A stretch of 64,000 nucleotides of DNA from a virus. Location of the stretch: the IMG/VR virus record IMGVR_UViG_3300032224_000723, positions 1 through 64,000 of that record. One strand, 5' to 3'. The notes below the pieces were generated by a model. The model was given only the letters and a program-made list of their open reading frames with translations. It did no database searches and was not told the origin of the DNA. Positions 9,060-18,371 of this stretch are shown one piece after another (position 1 is the first letter of the stretch; every line of letters starts with the position of its first letter). The position numbers and the translations under genes were made by a program.

Positions 9060-9253
9060 ACATCGAAGTCATCAATGACAAATACCGAATATGGTGCGGT
9101 AAGATACCAAGAAACGAAATAGACCAACGACTGCAATGGTGCGTTGATTCCTGGGGAGACAACTGGGGATTCTTTGACACTGTATTTGGTGACACTTGTT
9201 TTGTCTTTTATAGATTGGCGCATGCCAATTGGTTCAAATTAAAATACAGTTGA
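9056..9253 (+). CDS. FxL(K/R)W-family microprotein 1
   Basis: LQWCVDSWG...FVFYRLAHANWFKLKYS. Confidence 0.65.
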   Translation: MNIEVINDKYRIWCGKIPRNEIDQRLQWCVDSWGDNWGFFDTVFGDTCFVFYRLAHANWFKLKYS

Positions 9254-9278
9254 CAGAAATATCAAAACATGCTATAAT
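9250..9278 (+). promoter_or_regulatory. Perfect sigma70 promoter with extended -10, leaderless
   Basis: TTGACA-17-(TGc)TATAAT-6 nt-ATG 9285. Confidence 0.88.
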
Positions 9279-9284
9279 ATAGGC

Positions 9285-9461
9285 ATGAGTACTGTAACTA
9301 TTAATGGACAAACGACCAGCGTGTTCGATGCAATACAATGGTGTAGCAAAAACTTTGGACAAACATGGGGTGACTTAAAACATCAGTTTCCAGGGTGGCA
9401 CTGGAGATTTAGTTTTAAAGATCCGGAACAGGCAATGCTGTTTGCACTGAAGTGGGCATGA
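9285..9461 (+). CDS. FxL(K/R)W-family microprotein 2 (58 aa, missed by ORF track)
   Basis: AIQWCSKNFG...WRFSFKDPEQAMLFALKWA. Confidence 0.75.
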   Translation: MSTVTINGQTTSVFDAIQWCSKNFGQTWGDLKHQFPGWHWRFSFKDPEQAMLFALKWA

Positions 9462-9670
9462 CCAGAAAGTTGAAAATCGTTGCCACAGCAAGTAAGGCTA
9501 TGGAGCTGGCTGAAGAATTAAGATCCGCGGGACTAACTAAACAAGATTTTAGCTGGAAATTTCATCCTAATATCAATGATAGGTTTTTTGGATCTAACGA
9601 ACCTAGTTATGTAATCTTTACTTTTTACGATGATGCTACAGCAACATTTTATGAACTCAAATGGGCTTAA
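9458..9670 (+). CDS. FxL(K/R)W-family microprotein 3
   Basis: IFTFYDDATATFYELKWA; ATGA overlap. Confidence 0.7.
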   Translation: MTRKLKIVATASKAMELAEELRSAGLTKQDFSWKFHPNINDRFFGSNEPSYVIFTFYDDATATFYELKWA

Positions 9671-9738
9671 TATGCTTACAGTAAGTTTAGTAATTACCAG
9701 TAAATATTGTTACGTGAGCCAAGACCACGTAGACAATA

Positions 9739-10050
9739 ATGAAAACAATAAACAAAGTTTTGTTGGGTTTGGCGACTGCATCAACCATTCTGGCACCAAT
9801 GGTACCTAAGAATGTCAACATCAATATCAACATGGAAGCACCAGGCCTGCCTAAAAAAGAAAGACCATACAAGTTGGTTGAAACTCAATGCAGGCTTGCA
9901 AATCAGTCAACAACCAACACAGGCATGCAAGTGTGTGAATACCACTGCAATGACGGTGACAAGTCCACTGTATACAAAACATTCCGTAGCAATGCTATGA
10001 CATGTCCAGATAAAACAAACGAAAGAATAAAGAAAACTAGCAGGCAGTAA
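9739..10050 (+). CDS. Secreted/membrane-anchored Cys-containing protein
   Basis: N-terminal hydrophobic segment; four Cys. Confidence 0.6.
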   Translation: MKTINKVLLGLATASTILAPMVPKNVNININMEAPGLPKKERPYKLVETQCRLANQSTTNTGMQVCEYHCNDGDKSTVYKTFRSNAMTCPDKTNERIKKTSRQ

Positions 10051-10314
10051 ATGGCTAATTCAATCAGGCTTACTACAAGTCAGTGGCACCAAATTCGACA
10101 ACTCATACGAGAAGAATATCCCACACGGGACAGCGTGTTAATAATTCGCAGTGTTATGCAAAGAGAACTGGGATTCACAACTCGATTACACAGAGAATGG
10201 ATTCCAGAATCTGGTGCCGGACAATACGATGGATATGGGAACTATCAAGAGTCAATATATTTGGATTTTGTTGACGACATCAAAGAAACATTTTTTCGAT
10301 TAAAGTATCTGTGA
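10051..10314 (+). CDS. FxL(K/R)W-family microprotein 4
   Basis: IYLDFVDDIKETFFRLKYL. Confidence 0.7.
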   Translation: MANSIRLTTSQWHQIRQLIREEYPTRDSVLIIRSVMQRELGFTTRLHREWIPESGAGQYDGYGNYQESIYLDFVDDIKETFFRLKYL

Positions 10315-10532
10315 TGTATACAACTATAAGAATTAATGATGGTCCGGAAATTGATTGGGACGCCATATGTTATTGGGCAGTGAATCAATTCGGTACTCCG
10401 GGTCTGGAACAACGGTTTATGTTTCTTACACATTCCGAGTGGATGGACTTCTTGTTTGTTAATGAACAAGATGCTATAATGTTTACATTAAAATGGGTGG
10501 GAAATGAAAGAAAAACCAGTACACTTAGATAA
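10311..10532 (+). CDS. FxL(K/R)W-family microprotein 5
   Basis: CYWAVNQFG...FLFVNEQDAIMFTLKW. Confidence 0.7.
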   Translation: MMYTTIRINDGPEIDWDAICYWAVNQFGTPGLEQRFMFLTHSEWMDFLFVNEQDAIMFTLKWVGNERKTSTLR

Positions 10533-10752
10533 ATTGGGCCGTGAACTTAAGGTGGGAGACTGTGTGGCGTACCCGTCACATAATACCTTGTACATTGGCA
10601 CAATAGAAAAACTACACAATAAAATGGTAGCAGTTGCTAAACTGCCTGCTGGTAGATGGGGCGGTTCGTCTAATAAGTATCCATTAGACATGGTACTGTT
10701 GGAAGGATCAGAAGTCACTATGTACGTATTAAAACACAGTATGACTCAATGA
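10504..10752 (+). CDS. KOW/SH3-like small protein
   Basis: DKLGRELKVGDCVAY...IGTIEKL. Confidence 0.65.
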   Translation: MKEKPVHLDKLGRELKVGDCVAYPSHNTLYIGTIEKLHNKMVAVAKLPAGRWGGSSNKYPLDMVLLEGSEVTMYVLKHSMTQ

Positions 10753-10994
10753 AGTTTACTGACGTAGTACAAGATCTAATGCAATCGTGGAAGGAAAATA
10801 GATTCATTGTTGCTGGCCCTGAATTAACGGACAATGATCATTTGGTAGTATTGACTAACATTCAATACTGGACTGAACATGCAGATGAATTAACAGAATG
10901 GTGTCGCAATACACCAGGCACAGTACAAGAAGGTATGACTGTGGTGTTTGACAATGATAGTGCATTAACTTTATTTTTATTGAGGTGGTCATGA
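10749..10994 (+). CDS. FxL(K/R)W-family microprotein 6
   Basis: LTEWCRN...VVFDNDSALTLFLLRWS. Confidence 0.7.
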   Translation: MKFTDVVQDLMQSWKENRFIVAGPELTDNDHLVVLTNIQYWTEHADELTEWCRNTPGTVQEGMTVVFDNDSALTLFLLRWS

Positions 10995-11230
10995 TGCTAC
11001 TTGGACACGGCACAGTGTATGGCGCACAGTATTATACTGTGGCTCCGTCCATGGCAGGTGTGTCATGGAGTGAAATGGCGGCATGGTGTAGTGAGATATT
11101 TGGTCCCAGCACTGGAAATATTTGGGGCGGCGGCACCAACGCACCCGGCGAACGTTGGTACCAAAATAATGCCAAGTTTTGGTTCCGTGAAGAAGTAGAT
11201 CGTGATTGGTTTATGCTGAGGTGGCAATGA
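10991..11230 (+). CDS. FxL(K/R)W-family microprotein 7
   Basis: MAAWCSEIFG...FWFREEVDRDWFMLRWQ. Confidence 0.72.
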   Translation: MMLLGHGTVYGAQYYTVAPSMAGVSWSEMAAWCSEIFGPSTGNIWGGGTNAPGERWYQNNAKFWFREEVDRDWFMLRWQ

Positions 11231-11469
11231 TAGAATTAGTATTAACTGACAAACAAAAAAATCAATGGCTGAACTACGAGACTGGATATGAACAACTACA
11301 TCCCACTTTTGAAATTATCGATTATATGACGTCGTATAATTACAAATACGGCGAAGATTGGAAATGTAATAAAGTTACCATCTCTGGTCCTAAAATTTCG
11401 GAGCATTGTTACACATTAGTGTTCAACAACGAAAAAATTGCATCAACATTTATTTTAAAATGGACGTAA
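11227..11469 (+). CDS. FxL(K/R)W-family microprotein 8
   Basis: LVFNNEKIASTFILKWT. Confidence 0.7.
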   Translation: MIELVLTDKQKNQWLNYETGYEQLHPTFEIIDYMTSYNYKYGEDWKCNKVTISGPKISEHCYTLVFNNEKIASTFILKWT

Positions 11470-11687
11470 AAATAATACCTATTGCCCCTTATTGGGATAA
11501 CTTACAAGAATACCATCGTAGACACAATCCTGATGATTTAGACTTTTGGGATTGGATTAAACAAGAATATAGTGCGTATCAAGTCTATATTAAACCTACA
11601 CCCAGGGCTGATGGGGAGAAGGATTCTTGTGGTTTAATGTTCAGTGATGAAGATGACGCTGTTATGTTTACACTAAAATGGATATGA
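11460..11687 (+). CDS. FxL(K/R)W-family microprotein 9
   Basis: FWDWIKQEY...LMFSDEDDAVMFTLKWI. Confidence 0.7.
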   Translation: MDVKIIPIAPYWDNLQEYHRRHNPDDLDFWDWIKQEYSAYQVYIKPTPRADGEKDSCGLMFSDEDDAVMFTLKWI

Positions 11688-11875
11688 GATATACTATAAC
11701 GCTGCCACTTAGATCCCATAATAAAGAAACTCCAGCACAGTGGGCCAGAGAACACTGTAAGAGTTACCTTAGTGCAACTTGGCATTGGGACGTTGAAGAT
11801 GAGGGTAGGTCAGAAGCGGATTATTATTTTGCAGATGAAAAAGACGCAATGACATTTTCATTGAGATGGCTATGA
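11684..11875 (+). CDS. FxL(K/R)W-family microprotein 10
   Basis: AQWAREHC...YYFADEKDAMTFSLRWL. Confidence 0.72.
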   Translation: MRYTITLPLRSHNKETPAQWAREHCKSYLSATWHWDVEDEGRSEADYYFADEKDAMTFSLRWL

Positions 11876-12129
11876 TGAAGAAGAAAGCATTAAGCGAATC
11901 CAGAGAATCGTATTACGATATAAATCCTAATCTTATATATGTTGCGTACAGTCGAGCTGATTGGTCCGATACTACCCCATGGCTAGAGGAAAATGTGGGA
12001 GAATTTAACGAAACTTGGTATAAACTGGGCAGAGACGCAATTATGTTTTTATCGCCCAATTGGCGGGGCGACGAATACCTGTTTTTACGGGACGAAGATA
12101 GGGCACTTTTCATTTTAAAATGGAGTTAG
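11872..12129 (+). CDS. FxL(K/R)W-family microprotein 11
   Basis: PWLEENVG...YLFLRDEDRALFILKWS. Confidence 0.72.
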   Translation: MMKKKALSESRESYYDINPNLIYVAYSRADWSDTTPWLEENVGEFNETWYKLGRDAIMFLSPNWRGDEYLFLRDEDRALFILKWS

Positions 12130-12159
12130 GCTAAGTACATATGACAACTACGTCATATT

Positions 12160-12807
12160 ATGAAAAAGCCTAGAATAGCATTATTCTTACATCAACCCAA
12201 ATGTTCAATACAAAGCGGGAATGGCATTATTCGAGCACTGAGCTCGCACTACGACTTTAAAATTTTTACCAAGCACGAACTGGAACAGGGATTCTTCGAT
12301 GATGTCGACATGGTAGCTTTTCCCGGTGGGTTCGGCGACAGTGAAAGTTTCCACTCATTGTTTAGAACCAATGGCGACCTTGTTAGAGATTTTGTACAAC
12401 GTGGCGGTAGATATTTAGGAATTTGCATGGGTGCATACTGGGCAGGCAGTCATTACTTTGACATACTAGACCAAGTAGATGCAGTACAGTATCTCAGTCG
12501 CCCAGGTACTGACACACGTAGACCACATGCAAAAAATATCAGCATAACTTGGAACGGCGTACCTGACAATATGTTTTGGTATGATGGTTGTGCATTGGTT
12601 GGAGACAAAAATAAATTCGATACGGTAGCTACCTATGCCAACGGAGATGCAATGGCTATCTATCAAAATCGAATTGGCATAATTGGTTGCCATCCAGAAA
12701 GCGAACCTTTTTGGTATAACAGTTACAGTTGGATGAAACCACATTGGCATCATTATCGTCATCATGATCTATTATTGGATTTTGTTGACAGATTAATGAC
12801 AAGATAG
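12160..12807 (+). CDS. BPL_N / class I glutamine amidotransferase-like protein
   Basis: FPGG, GGRYLGICMGAY nucleophile elbow, HPE. Confidence 0.85.
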   Translation: MKKPRIALFLHQPKCSIQSGNGIIRALSSHYDFKIFTKHELEQGFFDDVDMVAFPGGFGDSESFHSLFRTNGDLVRDFVQRGGRYLGICMGAYWAGSHYFDILDQVDAVQYLSRPGTDTRRPHAKNISITWNGVPDNMFWYDGCALVGDKNKFDTVATYANGDAMAIYQNRIGIIGCHPESEPFWYNSYSWMKPHWHHYRHHDLLLDFVDRLMTR

Positions 12808-12813
12808 TATAAT
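12785..12813 (+). promoter_or_regulatory. Sigma70 promoter, leaderless (5 nt to ATG)
   Basis: TTGACA-17-TATAAT-agtca-ATG. Confidence 0.85.
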
Positions 12814-12818
12814 AGTCA

Positions 12819-13067
12819 ATGGCTGGCGTATTACTAAATCCTGAACATTGGGCAGAAGATAGATCTCGTCGTTGGGAATATTGGCGAAATCTTAGAGGCG
12901 CCCGGGACGAATTTTTAATAGAGTGCCCTGACGCAACTTATTTTGGAAATTGGCTGTCAGAAAAATACGGAATCAAATTACACTACGACGCTGACGGTAA
13001 CATCACTGACGAATCCACTATCATAGACGAACAAAAATATTTGTTGTTTCAATTAAAATACCTATGA
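12819..13067 (+). CDS. FxL(K/R)W-family microprotein 12
   Basis: NWLSEKYG...IIDEQKYLLFQLKYL. Confidence 0.68.
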   Translation: MAGVLLNPEHWAEDRSRRWEYWRNLRGARDEFLIECPDATYFGNWLSEKYGIKLHYDADGNITDESTIIDEQKYLLFQLKYL

Positions 13068-13285
13068 ACTTAGTTGTTAAATTTATATCCCCTTTGCGAG
13101 TAGAGATTTGGGCAGCGCCTATGACCATGGATGGACTTAGAGATCATCATATGGAACTAGTACAAGACTGGGTAGAGCAATTAGAGCTTGGTCATAGAAT
13201 GGCATTCAACCAGTGGAAACTTAACGCTGAATCCGCCATGAGTGCATTTGTGCTTTATTGGCACGGAAAACAAATTGACAAATAA
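13064..13285 (+). CDS. FxL(K/R)W-family microprotein 13 (divergent)
   Basis: VQDWVEQ...WKLNAESAMSAFVLYW. Confidence 0.6.
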   Translation: MNLVVKFISPLRVEIWAAPMTMDGLRDHHMELVQDWVEQLELGHRMAFNQWKLNAESAMSAFVLYWHGKQIDK

Positions 13286-13300
13286 CAGTAAATAACTGTT

Positions 13301-14116
13301 ATGCGTAAAATATTCTTACTATCGTTAATGGTATTGTCTTTGTCTGTACACGCACATTCAAAGCATAAACATCATACCAAACCTAAACACAAAGTTCATG
13401 CAGTAAAAACTGTACAAAGAATAAAAACTTTACCACCTACTGTATTGGTCTATAACAATACACAACACAAGAGTGTTGTCACCGACAATGCAGACACTGT
13501 AAGACCTATGGCCAGTATTACCAAATTAACCACTGCCATGGTGTCATTGGATCATTATAACCTTGCAGATAAGATTCCATTAAACAAGAAAAATTCTATT
13601 ACAGTGGAACAAGCAATGACAAAATTATTAGTGCGTTCAGATAACTCCATGGCCGAGTTGTTAGCAAGAAATTATCCTGGAGGTAGAGATAAGTTTTTAG
13701 AAGCAATGAATGCCAAAGCAAGATCGTTAAATTTATCTGTTACTAGATTCAATGACCCCAGCGGACTAGATGCAGGCAATGTTACCACTGCCACAGAACT
13801 AGCAAACATAGTCACAGCCGCAGGACGTTATCCTTTTATCACACGTATAACGTCACAGCCAGAAGTAACTAGTATTAACACAGTGAAAAATAAAATTCGT
13901 ACAGTAAGTTTACCAAATACTAATAGAACAATATTGTTTGAGTTTGATAACATATTAGTTAGTAAAACAGGATTTACCAATCATGCTGGTCGTTGTTTAG
14001 CCATGTTGGTTGACAATAAGGGCGAACAGTATGTTATAATCATACTTGGAGAACCTAGCAAACAAGCAAGGGACCAAGTAGCAAGAAATTTAATTCAACT
14101 AAGTGAGCACCAATAA
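13301..14116 (+). CDS. D-alanyl-D-alanine carboxy/endopeptidase (peptidase S11, PbpG/DacA-like), secreted
   Basis: Signal peptide; SITK (SxxK), SDN, KTG motifs. Confidence 0.93.
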   Translation: MRKIFLLSLMVLSLSVHAHSKHKHHTKPKHKVHAVKTVQRIKTLPPTVLVYNNTQHKSVVTDNADTVRPMASITKLTTAMVSLDHYNLADKIPLNKKNSITVEQAMTKLLVRSDNSMAELLARNYPGGRDKFLEAMNAKARSLNLSVTRFNDPSGLDAGNVTTATELANIVTAAGRYPFITRITSQPEVTSINTVKNKIRTVSLPNTNRTILFEFDNILVSKTGFTNHAGRCLAMLVDNKGEQYVIIILGEPSKQARDQVARNLIQLSEHQ

Positions 14117-14124
14117 ATATCTAT

Positions 14125-14319
14125 ATGGCAAATCAATCAAAACAATCCGCACCAAGAAAAAAAGTTACACTCAGTAAGCTGGCCAAAATTCGAGCAGCCA
14201 GTTACATCAATCCACATGAACGTGGAGCATTTATTCGAAGTACTTTGGCAGCAGAAAATTATGCCAATATGACAAGATATTCCAAAAATTCCACTCCCAA
14301 AGACACCGATTCGAATTGA
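14125..14319 (+). CDS. Hypothetical basic protein
   Basis: TAAATA-5 nt-ATG. Confidence 0.6.
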   Translation: MANQSKQSAPRKKVTLSKLAKIRAASYINPHERGAFIRSTLAAENYANMTRYSKNSTPKDTDSN

Positions 14320-14344
14320 CAAATAAATAGATTTATAGTATACT
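14316..14344 (+). promoter_or_regulatory. Sigma70 promoter, leaderless
   Basis: TTGACA-17-TATACT-6 nt-ATG. Confidence 0.8.
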
Positions 14345-14350
14345 ACGTAT

Positions 14351-14884
14351 ATGAATAAACCTAGTATTAGTCCCGATAGACATACTTTTCAAAGAGAAGG
14401 GTACATAGAACGCATGAACGAATCTGGTGATCCTCCTGAAGAAGACCAACTATCTTGGTTTGATAAAGCCATTGAGCGTCATAAACACAAGTTTGATGAG
14501 CCTGAAAGTCGTGTTAACAACATGGAATATGATTTGTTGACCACAGACTGGATCTTGAAGAAAGTACGTGACTCAGATACCTATGCTCAAAACTTGTATG
14601 CGGCTATGTGCAACATGCAGTTTCAAAAACTAGATGTCATGCCTATACTTAAAAATGAGCTATGGAGCGCCAGTTGGCGCTATGCAGGAGGCATCATTGC
14701 TGACATGCGTCAAGAAGGTGACTACATTAATTGGTATTGTAGCGGAATCGGCAATGAAGGTTTAGGCAACGGCGACTTTGATGGAACTAAACACTATGTA
14801 CCTGAAGGTACTGTGACAGATGAAATCAAAGAAAATTTACAACAACTAGGCTGGACTCCAGTCGAATGGGAAGACGAAGAATGA
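14351..14884 (+). CDS. Hypothetical phage protein
   Basis: YAQNLYAAMCN..WRYAGGIIAD..YINWYCSG; promoter upstream. Confidence 0.75.
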   Translation: MNKPSISPDRHTFQREGYIERMNESGDPPEEDQLSWFDKAIERHKHKFDEPESRVNNMEYDLLTTDWILKKVRDSDTYAQNLYAAMCNMQFQKLDVMPILKNELWSASWRYAGGIIADMRQEGDYINWYCSGIGNEGLGNGDFDGTKHYVPEGTVTDEIKENLQQLGWTPVEWEDEE

Positions 14885-15708
14885 ATCATTATTGGACTTG
14901 CAGTAAATTTGCAGACTGGATTCGCGGTACCACTAAACTCAAAGCTGGTACTGCCGAGGAATGGCAAGAATGGGAAAAGCGAGCCAAAGCTGATTATCCC
15001 GTTCGTTGGTGGATTGCTGAAGAAGGATTAGACCACATTCAAAAATTTGTTTATTACATTCCGGATCGACTAGATGAAATACGTTATTATATTAATAATC
15101 GCTGGATTACTAAGTCTCATGCTCTTACCGCACATCCGCGAGACATCAAGCCCGGTACATGGCAGGATGTTGGCTATCGCTTTCTTCCTTGTCTTTTCAA
15201 TGAGCTTGTGGACTTTGTTGAAGTAGAGCAAGCATGGATTCATGTTTGCTGGGATGAGGAAGCACGTAAAAAATTTAAAACTCCATGGTATCGCAAAGGT
15301 TGGCTACGACTAAGAACTTGGCGCAGTCCCGAAGCCGGGCTAGCACATCTAGACTGGGCCGCTGGTCTTACTAACAAAGAGTTTATTGAAGAAGGCGAAA
15401 AGGAAGAGCCCACACATCAAGCTCTTGCCGCAACAGAAATAAAGGAACTGTATCATTGGTGGACTGTGACCTATCGCAATCGCCCTGATCCTTATGATGC
15501 CAGCGGATGGACTGCTTACTGTGAAGCAAACCGTGAAGCCCATGGTGGTGGATTTTGGGCAAGTTTAAATGCTGACAAAAGCCCCGAACTTCGTGAGATG
15601 AGCGACACTGCACACAAAAAACTACGAGAAATCGAACAAGCCTATGCAGAAGAAGAAGAGGCTATGATGATTCGTCTTATTAAAATCCGTGAATCACTTT
15701 GGACCTAA
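14881..15708 (+). CDS. Hypothetical Trp-rich phage protein
   Basis: 275-aa ORF, ATGA overlap. Confidence 0.75.
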   Translation: MNHYWTCSKFADWIRGTTKLKAGTAEEWQEWEKRAKADYPVRWWIAEEGLDHIQKFVYYIPDRLDEIRYYINNRWITKSHALTAHPRDIKPGTWQDVGYRFLPCLFNELVDFVEVEQAWIHVCWDEEARKKFKTPWYRKGWLRLRTWRSPEAGLAHLDWAAGLTNKEFIEEGEKEEPTHQALAATEIKELYHWWTVTYRNRPDPYDASGWTAYCEANREAHGGGFWASLNADKSPELREMSDTAHKKLREIEQAYAEEEEAMMIRLIKIRESLWT

Positions 15709-15717
15709 GGAACTACT

Positions 15718-16089
15718 ATGATTGAATTTGTAACTGAATTTGCTGATTTTTGCCTTCAACTAATGTTTTGGTATTTTATAGGACAAGCCATTATTTCGTT
15801 GTTAACATTCTTTGTTTCCCGACGTTTGGAACAAGAAATAGAACACAGGGAAGAACTTATATCTTTGGTAGATGAGATAATTCATAGTGTGGAAGTAGAA
15901 GAACACAACGGAGTGTTTTATTGGTTTGATCAAAAAGATGGAGAATTTTTAGCACAAGGCAAAGACATGGAAGAAGCCATGGCACAGTTAAAAAGCAGAT
16001 TTCCCAAACATGTTTTTATTCTCAAAGCCAAAGAAAAAGTCTATAAAATTTCAGGACCTGACTGGGACTTAGAACTAATCGATTCTTAA
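15718..16089 (+). CDS. Hypothetical membrane-anchored protein
   Basis: SD AAGGAA; N-terminal TM segment. Confidence 0.7.
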   Translation: MIEFVTEFADFCLQLMFWYFIGQAIISLLTFFVSRRLEQEIEHREELISLVDEIIHSVEVEEHNGVFYWFDQKDGEFLAQGKDMEEAMAQLKSRFPKHVFILKAKEKVYKISGPDWDLELIDS

Positions 16090-16103
16090 TACTTAGGTAT
16101 TAC

Positions 16104-16132
16104 TTGACTGAATTACCAAAATACAGTATAAT
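16104..16132 (+). promoter_or_regulatory. Sigma70 promoter
   Basis: TTGACT-17-TATAAT. Confidence 0.75.
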
Positions 16133-16161
16133 ATAGCATATTTGACTACAAGGACTTGTCC

Positions 16162-16560
16162 ATGAGTATGCATCTTCATCATCCCAGCCTCAGCCTTAAT
16201 GGTAAAAAGCGTGGCAAAATTAAATTTAAAAGTGCCGAAGCCAAACGTGCCTATGAACAACAAGAACAGGCGTGGAAAGAACTTAAAAACAAATGGGCGT
16301 CTGACATAGAAGATAAAAAGCAGAGCCGTGCAATGAAAGCAGAAACACTGACTTACAAGTTAAGTGCTCCAGTGGGTAGAGATACTGGCCCAAAAATTCC
16401 TAGCTTGGACACAGGTCACACTGGTGCAGTACGCACAAAAGATATTCCCAAATACACTGGCACTAAAATTCTTGGTATTGGTACTATGCACAAAAGCAAT
16501 GCTGTGCCTATTTTCAGTGACGAAGAAGCAGTAGAAATTTCAAGGATGCGCCGTGGCTAA
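16162..16560 (+). CDS. Conserved phage protein (MHKSNAVP motif)
   Basis: YTGTKILGIGTMHKSNAVPIF...MRR C-terminus. Confidence 0.75.
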   Translation: MSMHLHHPSLSLNGKKRGKIKFKSAEAKRAYEQQEQAWKELKNKWASDIEDKKQSRAMKAETLTYKLSAPVGRDTGPKIPSLDTGHTGAVRTKDIPKYTGTKILGIGTMHKSNAVPIFSDEEAVEISRMRRG

Positions 16561-16876
16561 AACTAATCGATGCGTTTATTACTTTGAAGTATACCAAGAC
16601 CGTACAGATTACATCGATTCATGGAAGGCTGGCGTATACTCAGCACAGGGTTATATGAATGGATTTGAAGGTTGGCAAAATCGATTAGCCCTTAACTGTG
16701 ACAGAGTATGGCAGCAAGGTCCCAAGGGTGGTGTTAAGATTGTTAAAAATCGACTCCATCGACACTGGTCCGATAAATCAAACGGGGGTAAACTTGGATA
16801 CGTTACTAACAATAAAGAACTAATGAAAGACTTTGCTTGGATCAAACTGTCAGCAAAAGAGATAAAAGGTCGGTGA
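16553..16876 (+). CDS. Hypothetical protein, paralog A (WxQGPxGGV)
   Basis: VWQQGPKGGV...GYV...KDFAWIKLSA. Confidence 0.7.
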   Translation: MAKTNRCVYYFEVYQDRTDYIDSWKAGVYSAQGYMNGFEGWQNRLALNCDRVWQQGPKGGVKIVKNRLHRHWSDKSNGGKLGYVTNNKELMKDFAWIKLSAKEIKGR

Positions 16877-17148
16877 AATACAACTACTACGGTTTAAAAG
16901 GCGACTATGCGTGGCACTTGGCCACACAGTCTCATCCACGTGATCTAAGATGGTTTCAGCCGCGCCTGATCGAGTCCAGTGAAGTTGTCTGGTGCCAAGG
17001 CCCCCGAGGCGGTGTGCAAGTAGTTTATGTCAGTGACTGGCAAGGTCCACGGCAGTATGGCTACATTAGTCAAAACAGCAAGGCCATGGAAGAGTTTATG
17101 TGGATCAAATTAAAAGCACAAAGTTTGAATACTAAACTTTGGAACTAA
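16873..17148 (+). CDS. Hypothetical protein, paralog B (WxQGPxGGV)
   Basis: VWCQGPRGGV...GYI...EEFMWIKLKA; GTGA overlap. Confidence 0.7.
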   Translation: MKYNYYGLKGDYAWHLATQSHPRDLRWFQPRLIESSEVVWCQGPRGGVQVVYVSDWQGPRQYGYISQNSKAMEEFMWIKLKAQSLNTKLWN

Positions 17149-17191
17149 GCCTGAATGATTTGGTTAAATAGTATTTTAATAGGAGTATTGG

Positions 17192-17410
17192 TTGGCTAAA
17201 GAAGAAGCAATGAAGATGACAGGCAAAGTCATCGAAGTGTTGGGTAATGCTATGTTTAAGGTTCAGCTAGAAAATTCAGAACACACCTTAGTCGCTTACA
17301 TAGGCGGAAAACTACGCAAACACGATATTAAAGTTATTGCCGGAGATAAAGTTACATTGGAAATGAGCCCTTATGATTTGACCAAGGGTAGAATCATGTA
17401 CCGTAACTAA
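17192..17410 (+). CDS. infA: Translation initiation factor IF-1
   Basis: [40 protein letters not shown]; SD AGGAG, TTG start. Confidence 0.97.
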   Translation: MAKEEAMKMTGKVIEVLGNAMFKVQLENSEHTLVAYIGGKLRKHDIKVIAGDKVTLEMSPYDLTKGRIMYRN

Positions 17411-17427
17411 TTAAAATAAATAGTTAC

Positions 17428-17988
17428 ATGAGCGAAATACGTAACTTAATTAATCTAGTAGAAGCAAAAGCAAAACACGAACTGGTACTGGAAAAGCTAC
17501 CTTACAACCGTAGCGGACTAGCACCTGTAATGAGTCAAGCCACAGTGGATTACCATTATGGTGAACTGGCTAAAGGCTATGTTGACCGTTACAACAAAGG
17601 TGAAGGCGATGCTACATTCAATGAAGCTGGTGCATTTTTGCACAATATCTATTTTCCGCAGTTAATGCCGCCAAAGTCTAATAATCAACCTAAGGGCGCA
17701 AGCCTAGCATTAATTAATAGAAAATACGGTAGCTTCAAAGATTTCAAAGAAGCAATGAAAGCTGAAGCAATGAAAATACAGGGTTCGGGTTGGATTTATA
17801 TGAGCCGCAGTGGCGAAATCAAAACTATTAAAAACCATCAAATTAAAAACGACATTGCCCTACTGATTGACTGGTGGGAACATGCTTGGGCTAAGGATTA
17901 CAGCTCAAATAAAGCAAAATACTTCGACAATATTTGGCGTTGTATCAATTGGGACAAAGTAAACATTCGCATTTATGCGGGAAAATAA
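17428..17988 (+). CDS. sod: Fe/Mn superoxide dismutase with extra N-terminal peptide
   Basis: LPY..LAPVMS..YHYG, LHNIYF, QGSGW, DWWEHAW. Confidence 0.9.
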   Translation: MSEIRNLINLVEAKAKHELVLEKLPYNRSGLAPVMSQATVDYHYGELAKGYVDRYNKGEGDATFNEAGAFLHNIYFPQLMPPKSNNQPKGASLALINRKYGSFKDFKEAMKAEAMKIQGSGWIYMSRSGEIKTIKNHQIKNDIALLIDWWEHAWAKDYSSNKAKYFDNIWRCINWDKVNIRIYAGK

Positions 17989-17989
17989 T

Positions 17990-18316
17990 ATGCTAACATT
18001 AACAGAAAACGCTACACTAAAACTCAAAGACTTACTGGCAGAAGAAAACAACCCTAATATTAAACTACGCATATTTGTACAAGGTGGCGGATGCAGTGGT
18101 ATGCAGTACGGTTTTACGTTCGACGAAGACAAGAATGAAGATGACTTTGATTTAGCGTTCGATGGCGTAAGTGTGCTAGTGGACTCAATCAGCAGCCAAT
18201 ATCTACAGGGTGCTAAAATTGACTACAAAGAAGATATCATGGGCTCAAGTTTTGCCATAGATAATCCCAACGCAGAAACAACCTGCGGTTGCGGTAGCAG
18301 TTTCAATCCTTATTAA
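17990..18316 (+). CDS. erpA: A-type Fe-S carrier (ErpA/IscA)
   Basis: [17 protein letters not shown]...[14 protein letters not shown]. Confidence 0.93.
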   Translation: MLTLTENATLKLKDLLAEENNPNIKLRIFVQGGGCSGMQYGFTFDEDKNEDDFDLAFDGVSVLVDSISSQYLQGAKIDYKEDIMGSSFAIDNPNAETTCGCGSSFNPY

Positions 18317-18371
18317 CACAAAACCTAATTACTGTAAACCCGATAAATAAGTTAAAGGGTTCAGCGTAATT

